A stretch of DNA of 23,965 nucleotides from Thermoproteota archaeon (GTDB lineage Archaea > Korarchaeota > Korarchaeia > Korarchaeales > Korarchaeaceae). The stretch lies in NCBI GenBank assembly GCA_027491435.1, contig JAOZFG010000016.1:1-23965 (forward strand). The letters run 5' to 3'. Within the stretch, counting starts at the first letter, position 1. Every line of letters starts with the position of its first letter. Below are positions 1 to 8,713 of the stretch, one piece after another. The notes under the pieces were generated by a model, which did not search any database, was not told the origin of the DNA, and saw only the letters and a program-made list of their open reading frames with translations. The position numbers and the translations under genes are program-made.

Positions 1-2
1 AC

Positions 3-626
3 GGGCTGATACCTCACTTCTACCAGGGGGAGATGAAGGGCAGGGTTTTGGTGGATGGGGTAGATACCAGGAAGGCCACCGTGGCTCAGTTAGCCAGGAA
101 GGTTGGTTTGGTTTTTCAGAACCCTGAGCACATGTTCTTCTCCGAGACCGTTTACCAGGAAGTGGAGTTCGGCCCTAAATCCTTGGGATATAACGATGAA
201 TTGGTAAAAGACCTTGTTAAACGTTCTCTGGATTTGGTTGGGTTATGGGAACTTAGGGATAGGTCTCCATGGTCGCTAAGCGGTGGGGAGAAGAAGAGGT
301 TGTCCATAGCGGCCGTGCTCTCCATGAACACGAAGTACCTAGCTGTAGACGAGCCTACAATAGGACAAGATCACGTTTCTCAGAGAAACCTTATAGAAAT
401 ATTTCACAGTATAAGGGATGAAGGAAGGTCTGTTATAGTGGTCTCTCACGACTTAGAGTGGTTACTCGACCTCAAACCTAACAATGTAGTGATTATGGAA
501 GGAGGAAGGGTCATAAAGAGAGGGGGTATAGAGCTTCTCTACGACGTAAAGGGGCTCTCGTCCAATGGAATAGTGCCTCCCGTCGAAGCTATAGTGAAGT
601 CTCTAATTGGTGGTTCTTATGATTAA
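3..626 (+). CDS. ecfA: ECF transporter ATPase (EcfA/CbiO family), 5'-truncated by the window
   Basis: Frame is open from the window edge (GLIPHFYQGEMKG...). Contains the Q-loop VFQNPE, signature LSGGEKKR, Walker B variant LAVDEPT and H-loop VVSHD. Adjacent to EcfT. Confidence 0.9.
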   Translation, partial: GLIPHFYQGEMKGRVLVDGVDTRKATVAQLARKVGLVFQNPEHMFFSETVYQEVEFGPKSLGYNDELVKDLVKRSLDLVGLWELRDRSPWSLSGGEKKRLSIAAVLSMNTKYLAVDEPTIGQDHVSQRNLIEIFHSIRDEGRSVIVVSHDLEWLLDLKPNNVVIMEGGRVIKRGGIELLYDVKGLSSNGIVPPVEAIVKSLIGGSYD

Positions 627-1353
627 CCCTGCGTCATTATTGGCGATATTTAAGCCTCCGGGGAGGAGAAGCCCTTACTCCAAGCTTAATCCAATGGCCA
701 GGTTCGTGGCCTTTCTGTCGTTCTTAGTAGCTCCCATAGTGAGCGCTGACGTTCTTTTCCAGTTGTTAGTGTTTGGAGCACAGTTCCCCTTAATTTACTT
801 GTCTTACTCTAAGAGGAGGCTTCTAACCTCGCTAAAATCGTCAGTAATCCTGATAATCCTCATATTCGGGTTAAATTACCTCACCGTCAGAGACCCCTAT
901 TTCAGCGGGTCTATGGTGTTGAGGCTTGTTAACATGATAACGGCTTCCGCTATATTTATGGCTTCCACAGACCCCAGTGAGTTAGGGGATATACTTACCA
1001 AACTTAAGATTCCTTATCACATAGCCTTCGCCTTTGTAATAGCTTTAAGGTTCATACCCACTCTAGCCGAGGACGTGGAGTACGTTATGGCCTCTCAGGC
1101 TAGCAGGGGATTGGAGGTAGAGGGTGGGAAGTTCTTGGAGAGGATCAGGAAGTTAGTTCCCTTGCTTGTTCCCCTGATAATAGTGGCTATAAGAAGAGGT
1201 TACCAGCTGGCTGAGGCTTTAGAGAGTAAAGCATTTGGATCTAGTGACAGGAGGGGCTACTACGTGGTATACAGGTGGGGACTTTGGGACTACCTGTTGA
1301 TACTATATTCACTGACTACAATATCGCTGATAACTTCGACAATCGCTTTATAA
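619..1353 (+). CDS. ecfT: ECF transporter transmembrane component T (EcfT/CbiQ)
   Basis: Hydrophobic protein with ALRFIPTL, SQASRG and AEALESKAF motifs. ATG at 619 follows GGTGG and overlaps the end of ecfA. Confidence 0.9.
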   Translation: MINPASLLAIFKPPGRRSPYSKLNPMARFVAFLSFLVAPIVSADVLFQLLVFGAQFPLIYLSYSKRRLLTSLKSSVILIILIFGLNYLTVRDPYFSGSMVLRLVNMITASAIFMASTDPSELGDILTKLKIPYHIAFAFVIALRFIPTLAEDVEYVMASQASRGLEVEGGKFLERIRKLVPLLVPLIIVAIRRGYQLAEALESKAFGSSDRRGYYVVYRWGLWDYLLILYSLTTISLITSTIAL

Positions 1354-1658
1354 GACACTCACAAGGGTTATTCAACTCTGTCAACTCCCAATTCTCAAAC
1401 TCGGAGTTGAATAACCTCCTTTTCAAGTCCGTCTCACTAAAAGTAGAGATGACAGAGTGGAAAAGAGGGGGAGACTCTCTTTATATGCAGGTGATACACC
1501 TGAAATTAGGGTCGCCTCAGTATTTACTCCAAAAATTATATTATAGCGATAAATGTTTCTTACAAGTTCCATCTTTAATAAGGGCATAACCTTTTTAGTA
1601 GAAGTCATGCAAATGGAGTGGCATATGAGCTTGTTCAAATCGGGGGGAGGCCGCTGGG
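1354..1658. other. Candidate replication origin (oriC) upstream of cdc6/orc1
   Basis: 305-bp intergenic region next to cdc6. Repeated GAGTtGAAtA-like motifs in both orientations, an ORB-like AGTGGAAAAGAGGGGG (1456-1471), an AT-rich core (~1521-1600) and a G-string at 1642-1647. Confidence 0.5.
1366..1416. repeat. Perfect 13-bp inverted repeat GGTTATTCAACTC-N25-GAGTTGAATAACC
   Basis: Arms read directly at 1366-1378 and 1404-1416. Confidence 0.9.
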
Positions 1659-1661
1659 TTG

Positions 1662-2852
1662 ATGGAGGAGTTCATCCGATCGTATAGGGTAAAGCCCCTG
1701 ATAATAAAAGATAAGAGGGTGCTCAGGGACAGCTACATCCCGTCATCCCTTCCAGGCAGGGAGGAGCAGATAAACACGTTCCACAACATCTTGGCTGACC
1801 TGCTGGTGGACTCGCCGCCTGACCACACCTCTTTCACCGGCAAACCTGGCACCGGCAAGACAGCCGTGGCTAAGCACGTGATCAACAAGTACAAGAAGGA
1901 GTACCCCGACCTAAGGGCCAAGTTCATCTACGTGAACTGCAGCCAGGCGAACACCGCTTACAGGGTAATGTACCAGCTCAACAGGGCCCTACAGGTTCTG
2001 GTGCCGCCTTCAGGCTACCCCTACGACGTGCTCTACGACAAGTTCGTCGACGCCTTCTACCAGCTTAACAAACGCTTGGTGGTGGTGCTGGACGAGGTAG
2101 ACCTGTTGGTAAGGAGGGATGGGGGCAGGCTCATTTACTCGCTGAGCAGGCTCAACTACGACCTGCCTGAGGAGCTGAGCTTAACCTTGGTGGTGATAAG
2201 CAACACCGCTGACTTCCTGGAGAGGCTTGACCCCAGGACCAGGAGCAGCTTCGAGCCCACCAGGATAATATTCCCGCCCTACAAGCAGCCGCAGCTCTAC
2301 CAGATACTTCACCAGAGGGCTGAGCTGGGCCTTAAGCCTGGAACCTGGGAGAACGAGGCTTTACACGTGATAGCTGCGAAGGTGGCTCAGGAGTCTGGCG
2401 ACGCCAGACGTGCAATAGACGTGCTCAGGATGGCTGCAGAGCTGGCTGAAAAGGAGGGGGCTGGCAAGCTGACTGTGGATCACGCCAGGAAGGCTTTAGA
2501 TACCGTAAATGAGGAGGAAATTGCTATAACCATAAGAACTTTACCTTTGCACCACAGGCTCATCCTAGCTGCTATAGCTGAACTGATGGAGATGAAGTCA
2601 AGGCAGAAGGTGGACAGGGTGAGCACCGGGAGGATATACAGGGAGTACAGGGATAAGGCCAATAAGATGATGGTAAGCCCCCTTACAATGCGCCGCGTTT
2701 CCGGCATCCTCAGAGAGCTGGAAGCCCAGGGACTCATAGAGATAGTGATGGACTACGGAGGGGCCAGGGGCAACACCAAGGTGGTCAAGGCCATGGCGTT
2801 GCCGCCCTTAGAGATGAAAAAGCTTCTAGCCAGTATGGGGCTAATATTTTAA
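1662..2852 (+). CDS. cdc6: Cdc6/Orc1 replication initiator (AAA+ plus winged helix)
   Basis: YIPSSLPGREEQI, Walker A GKPGTGKT, YVNC, Walker B VVVLDEVD, sensor II GDARRAID and a C-terminal wHTH. Start is ATG 1662 or TTG 1659. Confidence 0.95.
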   Translation: MEEFIRSYRVKPLIIKDKRVLRDSYIPSSLPGREEQINTFHNILADLLVDSPPDHTSFTGKPGTGKTAVAKHVINKYKKEYPDLRAKFIYVNCSQANTAYRVMYQLNRALQVLVPPSGYPYDVLYDKFVDAFYQLNKRLVVVLDEVDLLVRRDGGRLIYSLSRLNYDLPEELSLTLVVISNTADFLERLDPRTRSSFEPTRIIFPPYKQPQLYQILHQRAELGLKPGTWENEALHVIAAKVAQESGDARRAIDVLRMAAELAEKEGAGKLTVDHARKALDTVNEEEIAITIRTLPLHHRLILAAIAELMEMKSRQKVDRVSTGRIYREYRDKANKMMVSPLTMRRVSGILRELEAQGLIEIVMDYGGARGNTKVVKAMALPPLEMKKLLASMGLIF

Positions 2853-4267
2853 AACTCTTTTATTTTTACTTCTAAGTTTGATAGATCAACGATAGGTACT
2901 TTCCCAACAGTAACTTTTATACCCAGGCTTCTTATGTAGGGAGTCTCCTCTTCAAAGGTCCCCGAGTTCACTATCCTTATCCCCTTATATTCACCGACCC
3001 CGTAGACGTGAACGTGGCCCGTGTGCAGCACATCTGGAACCTCGTCTATAAGCAACCAATCTATGGATTCAGGAGATATAGGGTGTTCTCCCCATATAGG
3101 AGCTAGGTGCCTTAACTTGATTAACCACCTCATCGATTCAACCACAGTTCTGGGCTTTACGGGCTGAAGTCCAGGGACTAACTTGAACACAGCGTTTAAG
3201 CTTCTGCCATGATAAACGTAAAACCTTACCCCTAATACCCTGAAGACCGCCGGGTTTCCAAGCATTATCATGTCGGGCAAGGCATCTAGCAGGGGTTCCA
3301 CGTATTTCTTAGGGACCTTGGGTTGAGGCTCTGCCTGCCTGACTGGTTCGTGGTTTCCCGGGATGTAAATGACCCTTACCCTGTCTGGGATCTCTTGAAG
3401 TAGTTCAGCCGCCTTCTTATATTGCTCATATATGTCAGGTATCAAGAGCTCCTCCTCCTGGTTTGGATAAACCCCTATTCCATCAATGAGGTCGCCGCCG
3501 ATTATCAAGTATCTAACGTCGTTAGCTTCATCAGAGCTCAACCATTCCAAGAATTTCCTGAACTTCTTCTCATTAAAGTACTTGCTGCCTATGTGTATAT
3601 CGCTCAAGAGAGCTACCTTCACCGGAACCTCAGCCCTGTTCCTTTCTCCTCCGTTCACGTCGGGGAGGTGTACTTTCTCCCCTATAACTCTGTTACCCGT
3701 GATAACCCCCGTTATGGCCACGACGGAGTCTACTGGTATCCTGTCAACGATTTCCCAGACCTCGTTTCCATAAGGGAAGTAGACTTGAGTAGAGCCCGTG
3801 TCGTCATCTAATTCGACCCTTATCGTCCTGTCCTGATAATACCTCTTCTCCATAATCATTCCTATAATCACTACCTTGTCACCGTTTTTCCTGTTCCCTC
3901 CGTTTATCATGCCGATGGGCAGGGGCTCCACGTGCATTCTCTCCATCAAGACCTCCCTCAACTTGTTGAACCTATACTGCATCAACCTCACGAACTCGTC
4001 CACCTTACCTTCAACCCCTAGGTTGGTGGGATCCCTCTCTATGACGAACTCGTCAGGCAGGCTTGGCAGAGCCGGAGGTTCAACGTCACTTTCATCGCTC
4101 TCCAAGAACTGCTTAACATGTCTTTCCTCTAGAACGACAACTTCCGAGTACCTGTCGACTATCCTATCGAGAAGCTCCTCATCTAAATCCCTGAGAAGCT
4201 CTAAAGCTTCAGGGCTTACGTTGATCCCTCGCCTTATCAGTTTTATTACAAGTTCCTCTGGGGTCAT
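2849..4267 (-). CDS. dp1: DNA polymerase D small (proofreading exonuclease) subunit DP1
   Basis: OB-fold region followed by Mre11-like phosphoesterase motifs SDIHIGS, GDLIDGIGVYPNQ, PGNHE, YHGRSL, RHLAP and HTGHVH. Confidence 0.95.
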   Translation of the reverse strand: MTPEELVIKLIRRGINVSPEALELLRDLDEELLDRIVDRYSEVVVLEERHVKQFLESDESDVEPPALPSLPDEFVIERDPTNLGVEGKVDEFVRLMQYRFNKLREVLMERMHVEPLPIGMINGGNRKNGDKVVIIGMIMEKRYYQDRTIRVELDDDTGSTQVYFPYGNEVWEIVDRIPVDSVVAITGVITGNRVIGEKVHLPDVNGGERNRAEVPVKVALLSDIHIGSKYFNEKKFRKFLEWLSSDEANDVRYLIIGGDLIDGIGVYPNQEEELLIPDIYEQYKKAAELLQEIPDRVRVIYIPGNHEPVRQAEPQPKVPKKYVEPLLDALPDMIMLGNPAVFRVLGVRFYVYHGRSLNAVFKLVPGLQPVKPRTVVESMRWLIKLRHLAPIWGEHPISPESIDWLLIDEVPDVLHTGHVHVYGVGEYKGIRIVNSGTFEEETPYIRSLGIKVTVGKVPIVDLSNLEVKIKEF

Positions 4268-4832
4268 CCTGTCTAATGAAGCTTACCTCATTAAATAGGT
4301 CATCCCACAGAGTTTCACTTCCAGGCAGCACGAGAATCCCGTCATTGCCTTTAAACACAATTAGTTTTTGTCTGATAAAAGCGTATGAAGCTAGTAAGCA
4401 TAACAAAGAATCCTTAAAATCTCTTCCCAATTCCTCGAGGCATTTGAACCTTTCTGGAGGATTTGGAGAACCTATCACCTTCAAGGCACTGGAGGGGTGA
4501 GTTTCGAGAACTGCTACTCCTTGAGAGGAGAGCTCCATCAGTAAACTCCTGCCTAAGTTGGTCAGATCTTTCATTCCCTTAAGGGAGAGGGGCAACAGCT
4601 TGAAACCCCTTCTGATCATTTCTCTCTCAAAATCCCTGAAGGGGGGCTTATAACTGATTGGCGAGTCCACAGAGACAACATTTGCTGACTTTAACGCCCT
4701 CAGCAGGCCCTCAAAATCGACCTTCATTAAGGTAAGAACCCCCTCTCTCAAGTCCAGGACGGACAGAGCAGATCCCCTCTTTACCGAGAGGTCCACGCCA
4801 GCGATTATTGAGATCCGATCCTTCACCTTCAA
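4209..4832 (-). CDS. DUF429-family predicted RNase H-like nuclease
   Basis: GVDLS, VSVDSPIS, RDFEREM and LETHPSS motifs. TTG start preceded by GGAGG. The 3' end overlaps the DP1 start. Confidence 0.75.
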   Translation of the reverse strand: MKVKDRISIIAGVDLSVKRGSALSVLDLREGVLTLMKVDFEGLLRALKSANVVSVDSPISYKPPFRDFEREMIRRGFKLLPLSLKGMKDLTNLGRSLLMELSSQGVAVLETHPSSALKVIGSPNPPERFKCLEELGRDFKDSLLCLLASYAFIRQKLIVFKGNDGILVLPGSETLWDDLFNEVSFIRQDDPRGTCNKTDKARDQRKP

Positions 4833-4842
4833 AATTTATATT
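4831..4842 (+). promoter_or_regulatory. Putative TATA box for tRNA-Ser
   Basis: AAAATTTATATT about 30 bp upstream of the mature tRNA 5' end. Confidence 0.55.
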
Positions 4843-4867
4843 CCTCCTTCGATGAAATAAGGATGGG

Positions 4868-4973
4868 GCCGGGGTACCCTAGCCAGAGGGCCTAGCCCGG
4901 CTAAGAAAGGGGCCGGACTCGAGATCCGGTGGCCGTTACGGCCTCGTGGGTTCAAATCCCACCCCCGGCGCCA
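4868..4973 (+). tRNA. tRNA-Ser(CGA) with non-canonical 18-nt D-loop intron (4887-4904) and encoded CCA
   Basis: Acceptor GCCGGGG/CCCCGGC, D-stem CCCT/AGGG, anticodon arm CCGGA-CTCGAGA-TCCGG, long variable arm, T-arm GTGGG-TTCAAAT-CCCAC, G73 and CCA. Removing 4887-4904 restores the D-loop AGCCAGGAA. Confidence 0.93.
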
Positions 4974-7336
4974 CTTATCTTGTGAAGTCTGACTATATCA
5001 CCCTTAAAGGGCTCCAATTCCTCTGGAATCTCCAATGAAATGGGCTCGCTGAGCCTCATACCCCTCTCCTTCTTCAACTTCCAAACGTAACTGTTGAACT
5101 CCATGAGTTTCTTGCCCAACTTTAGGTACTCGGTGTCCCACTCATCCCTAGGTTCTGGAAATAGCTCCTTGTGGACGCTTCCCCTGTACATCTTCCTCCA
5201 TATGTAATCGGTGATGTGGGGAGTTATAGGGGCCAGGAGCTTGAGGACGCTCCTTAACACATAGTGGAGAGTCCACCTCGCGGCTTTAACCTCTTCTTCG
5301 TTGGGGACTGAGCCATAAGCTCTATCCTTAACTAGCTCTATGTAGTGAGGAGCGAACACGTTCCAGACGAACCCCCTAACCCTGTTGGCTGGATCGAAGA
5401 AGTCGAAGTCCTCGTAACCCTTCATGGAATCCCTGATAACTTCGTTAAGCTCTCCTAAGATCCAAAGGTCAGTAGGAGTCATCCTCTCCGGCTTATCCGG
5501 CTCGGGGAAGTGAGATATAAATCTGGAGACGTTCCACAACTTCTGCAGGAATTTGAAGACTCCAGCTATCTTCTCCTCTGAAATCCTAAAGTCTGAACCA
5601 AGGTGAGCCTGGGCCGCCCCATAGAACCTCAAGGCGTCAGCTCCGTACTTCTCGAAGAGAGGCCAGGGGTATATTATGTTGCCCAGGCTCTTGGACATGG
5701 CCCTGCCCTTCTCATCTAACCCCATCCCGGAGATCCAGACGTGCTTAAACGCAGGTTTCCCTGTCAGCTGGTAAACCCTTAAGAACGTGTAGTGCAGCCA
5801 AGTCCTGACTATGTCCTTCCCTTGGGGCCTGAGGTCACTACTTCCCAGCTTCTCAAACATCTTCGGGTTCCACATATACCCGTTATACACTAGCGGGGAT
5901 ATGCTTGAGTCCATCCAAGTGTCGAAGACCCTCTCCTCACCGATAAAACCCTCGCTGGACCCACAGTGGGGACACTTATTGAAGGGAGGATCCTCCCTCC
6001 AAGGCCTGTAGTACTTGCCTGGCTCTGGAAGAACTGGTTTACCACAGCTCTTACAGTACCAGATGGGTATTTCAGTGGAGTAGTACCTCCTTCTGGAGAT
6101 GGGCCAGTCGCTATCTATCGAGTTCAACCAGTTCATCCAATAGGTGGCCGACCACTCCGGGTGAAATTCAACGAGCTTATCTGTAATGAACTTCCTGAGG
6201 TCATCCACGAACTCCCTCTGCTTTAAGTAGTACTCCCTCATCGGTATTATCTCTAGGGGGGTCTTACACCTCCAGCAGACCGGAGTTCTGTGTTGGATGA
6301 CCTCCACCTTATCCACGAACCCCTGCTCCTTTAGGTCCTGAATTATCCTCTCCTTGGCCTCCTTTATGGTGAGTCCCTGGTACTTCCCAGCTTTCTCATT
6401 CAGCCTGCCATGCTCATCTATTATTATGGTGGGCCTAAGCTTAAGCTCCCTGAACAGCTGGACGTCAGCCCTGTCACCGTAAGAGCATATCATCACCAAC
6501 CCGGTCCCGAACTTAGGATCGGCGTAGGGATGCTCCATGACGGGAATGGCCTTTCCCAACGGGGTTATGACCCTCTTTCCCTTTAACCACTTATACCTCT
6601 TGTCTTCTGGGTTATAAATGACTGCCTCACACGCAGGGAGGAGTTCAGGCCTTGTAGTGGCCACTACAACCTCTTCATCGGAACCCTCAACTCTGAACTT
6701 CAGGTAGACTAACTTAGTGGGCATCTCCTTATACTCGACCTCAGCGTCAGCCAGGGTGGTCTTACACCTCGGACAGTAGTTGTTGGGCCTGTAGTCCTCG
6801 TAAACGTAACCCTTATTCCAGGCGTATATGAAAGTGGCCTGTGTGACTGCCCTCCACATCTCGCTGTCCGTCTGGAAGTAGTTCTTGAAGTCGGCGCTGA
6901 GGCCCAGCCTCTTGCTTATCGAAAGGATGTCCATTTCAGCCTCATCCAAGAACTTCCTACAGAGTTCAAGGAACTCCTCTCTAGGGTACTCAAACATCCT
7001 TATCTTATACCTCTTCTCGGTTTCCACCTCCACAGGCAAACCGTTCCTATCAACCCCAAAAGGGAAGTAAACCTCGTAACCCTTCATCCTCATGGTCCTG
7101 GCTATCATGTCTATCTGAGAGTAGTGTATAGCTGCAGCGGCGTGCCACTTACCGCTAGCGTATGGAGGGGGGGTATCTATTGAGAACTTTGGCTTGTCGC
7201 TGTCCAGGTCAAACTTGTACAGATCCTCTTCCTCCCAAACCTTCTGGATCTCCAACTCCAATTCGGGCTTCCAACGCTTCTCTTCAATCTTGGGTTTTAG
7301 GGAGGCCACATTTAACACCGAGAACCCTAATCCCAC
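4952..7336 (-). CDS. valS: Valyl-tRNA synthetase (archaeal type); true start probably a GTG near 7309
   Basis: FSIDTPPPY, GVDRNGLPVE, VATTRPELL, FGTGLVMICSYGD, DWPISRRRYY, VFDTWMDSS, RPQGKDIVRTW and MSKSLGN. Confidence 0.95.
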   Translation of the reverse strand: MGLGFSVLNVASLKPKIEEKRWKPELELEIQKVWEEEDLYKFDLDSDKPKFSIDTPPPYASGKWHAAAAIHYSQIDMIARTMRMKGYEVYFPFGVDRNGLPVEVETEKRYKIRMFEYPREEFLELCRKFLDEAEMDILSISKRLGLSADFKNYFQTDSEMWRAVTQATFIYAWNKGYVYEDYRPNNYCPRCKTTLADAEVEYKEMPTKLVYLKFRVEGSDEEVVVATTRPELLPACEAVIYNPEDKRYKWLKGKRVITPLGKAIPVMEHPYADPKFGTGLVMICSYGDRADVQLFRELKLRPTIIIDEHGRLNEKAGKYQGLTIKEAKERIIQDLKEQGFVDKVEVIQHRTPVCWRCKTPLEIIPMREYYLKQREFVDDLRKFITDKLVEFHPEWSATYWMNWLNSIDSDWPISRRRYYSTEIPIWYCKSCGKPVLPEPGKYYRPWREDPPFNKCPHCGSSEGFIGEERVFDTWMDSSISPLVYNGYMWNPKMFEKLGSSDLRPQGKDIVRTWLHYTFLRVYQLTGKPAFKHVWISGMGLDEKGRAMSKSLGNIIYPWPLFEKYGADALRFYGAAQAHLGSDFRISEEKIAGVFKFLQKLWNVSRFISHFPEPDKPERMTPTDLWILGELNEVIRDSMKGYEDFDFFDPANRVRGFVWNVFAPHYIELVKDRAYGSVPNEEEVKAARWTLHYVLRSVLKLLAPITPHITDYIWRKMYRGSVHKELFPEPRDEWDTEYLKLGKKLMEFNSYVWKLKKERGMRLSEPISLEIPEELEPFKGDIVRLHKISGAGGGI

Positions 7337-7375
7337 CCCTAATATATAATTTTAGCTCATGAGAGGGGTGTAGAA

Positions 7376-7921
7376 TCAGATATCGGACAGGAGAGAAGCC
7401 ACTATATCAGCTACCCTCAGTGGCTCGGGGATCTTGGACTCTACGGCGAGGCCCCTCACCAGTTTGACGACCTCACCCTTGCTTAAGCCTATCCAGGAGC
7501 AGTAAATGATCCCTAAATTCGTCCTCAAGGGCCTGTATGGGGGGTTCATCCTCACCAAGCCTATCTTATCCTCTAAACCAGCTGATCTCAACGCCTTATC
7601 TATGCTCTCCGGCTTCCTGCTGACACAGGCAATCAAGGGAAGTTCTAACTCCTCATAAACTTTGGTAACGTTCAATATGTTGAGCCCTCCGAATGTGGTA
7701 CCATGAGTCATGATAACCCTCACCTCCTCCTTGACCTTAGGGTGATTGCACAGCCTAATGAGGGCCTCAGAAGAGTCATCTCCATCTACCTCTATTCTCT
7801 CCTTAAGAGCCCCTTCTAGGACAAACCCTCTAAACAACAAGGCCACCAGAAAGGTGTGTTTGTCAACCCCCCTCCTGAAGGGTGCATCGTCCACAGCCAG
7901 AACCCTGGCCTTCTCCTTCAT
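7376..7921 (-). CDS. DUF99 / UPF0215 endonuclease V-like protein
   Basis: VLAVDDAPF, VDGDDSS, GTTFGGLNI and KIPEPLRVAD motifs. Confidence 0.85.
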   Translation of the reverse strand: MKEKARVLAVDDAPFRRGVDKHTFLVALLFRGFVLEGALKERIEVDGDDSSEALIRLCNHPKVKEEVRVIMTHGTTFGGLNILNVTKVYEELELPLIACVSRKPESIDKALRSAGLEDKIGLVRMNPPYRPLRTNLGIIYCSWIGLSKGEVVKLVRGLAVESKIPEPLRVADIVASLLSDI

Positions 7922-7975
7922 CAGATGAAGGTCAAGTAATTAAGGTATTAATTCAATGGGGGGCGAGGTGATCTA

Positions 7976-8713
7976 ATGGGGCCCGTGGAATCTAGGTTAA
8001 ATGAGAAACTGAAAGAAGGAACTTTACTAGCGGTACTCATAGACCCATTTAACGTTGACGGGAGCTCGGCAGAGAGGTTAGCTGCAGAGGTTGAGAGGGG
8101 GGGCGCTGACCTAATACTCGTTGGCGGATCAGTTGGGGCTGGCTTTAAGCTATCCGAAGTGGTTAGGGGAGTGAAGAGGGGTAGCTCCCTCCCAGTCATC
8201 CTGTTCCCTGGGAACGTCGATGGGGTGACCCCTGAGGCTGACGCAATACTGTTCATGTCGTTACTCAACAGCTTAAACCCCTATTGGGTGATACAGGCCC
8301 AGGCTCTGGCAGCTCCCTCAGTTAAGCTATCAGGCCTCGAAGCCATACCCACCGCATACCTAATAGTGGAGCCCGGAGAGAGGAGCGCCGCCGGTTGGGT
8401 TGGTTCAGCTAACCCAATCCCCAGGAGGAAGCCAGAATTGGCTCTGGCCTATGCTTGGGCAGCCGAGCTTCTGGGAATGCGGTGGATATACTTGGAGGCT
8501 GGAAGCGGCGCTGAACAACCAGTCCCCGTGGAGATGGTTAAACTAGTCTCGGAGAAAGCTAACCTTAGAGTCATAGTGGGGGGAGGAATCAGAAGCCCGG
8601 AAGCCGCCAAAGAGAGGGCATCGGCCGGGGCTGACGTTGTAGTAGTGGGCACTCACGTGGAAAGTGGTAGTCCCTACGAGAAGGTCAAGGAGCTCAGCAG
8701 GGCAATAAAGTGA
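7976..8713 (+). CDS. Geranylgeranylglyceryl phosphate synthase (GGGPS/PcrB family)
   Basis: LIDP, VGGS, LPVILFPG, ADAILFMSLLNS, YLEAGSGA and VGGGIRS. SD GAGGTG upstream. Confidence 0.95.
   Translation: MGPVESRLNEKLKEGTLLAVLIDPFNVDGSSAERLAAEVERGGADLILVGGSVGAGFKLSEVVRGVKRGSSLPVILFPGNVDGVTPEADAILFMSLLNSLNPYWVIQAQALAAPSVKLSGLEAIPTAYLIVEPGERSAAGWVGSANPIPRRKPELALAYAWAAELLGMRWIYLEAGSGAEQPVPVEMVKLVSEKANLRVIVGGGIRSPEAAKERASAGADVVVVGTHVESGSPYEKVKELSRAIK

Noticed and set aside
1378-1386. CTGTCAACT match to the IS6 terminal repeat near cdc6
   Set aside because: Only 9 bp, lacks the GGTG end and has no transposase relic; better explained by the local repeat family.
1275-1638. ORFs 1275..1589 (+) and 1423..1638 (-)
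   Set aside because: No motifs, atypical composition, and they overlap the repeat-rich cdc6 upstream region.
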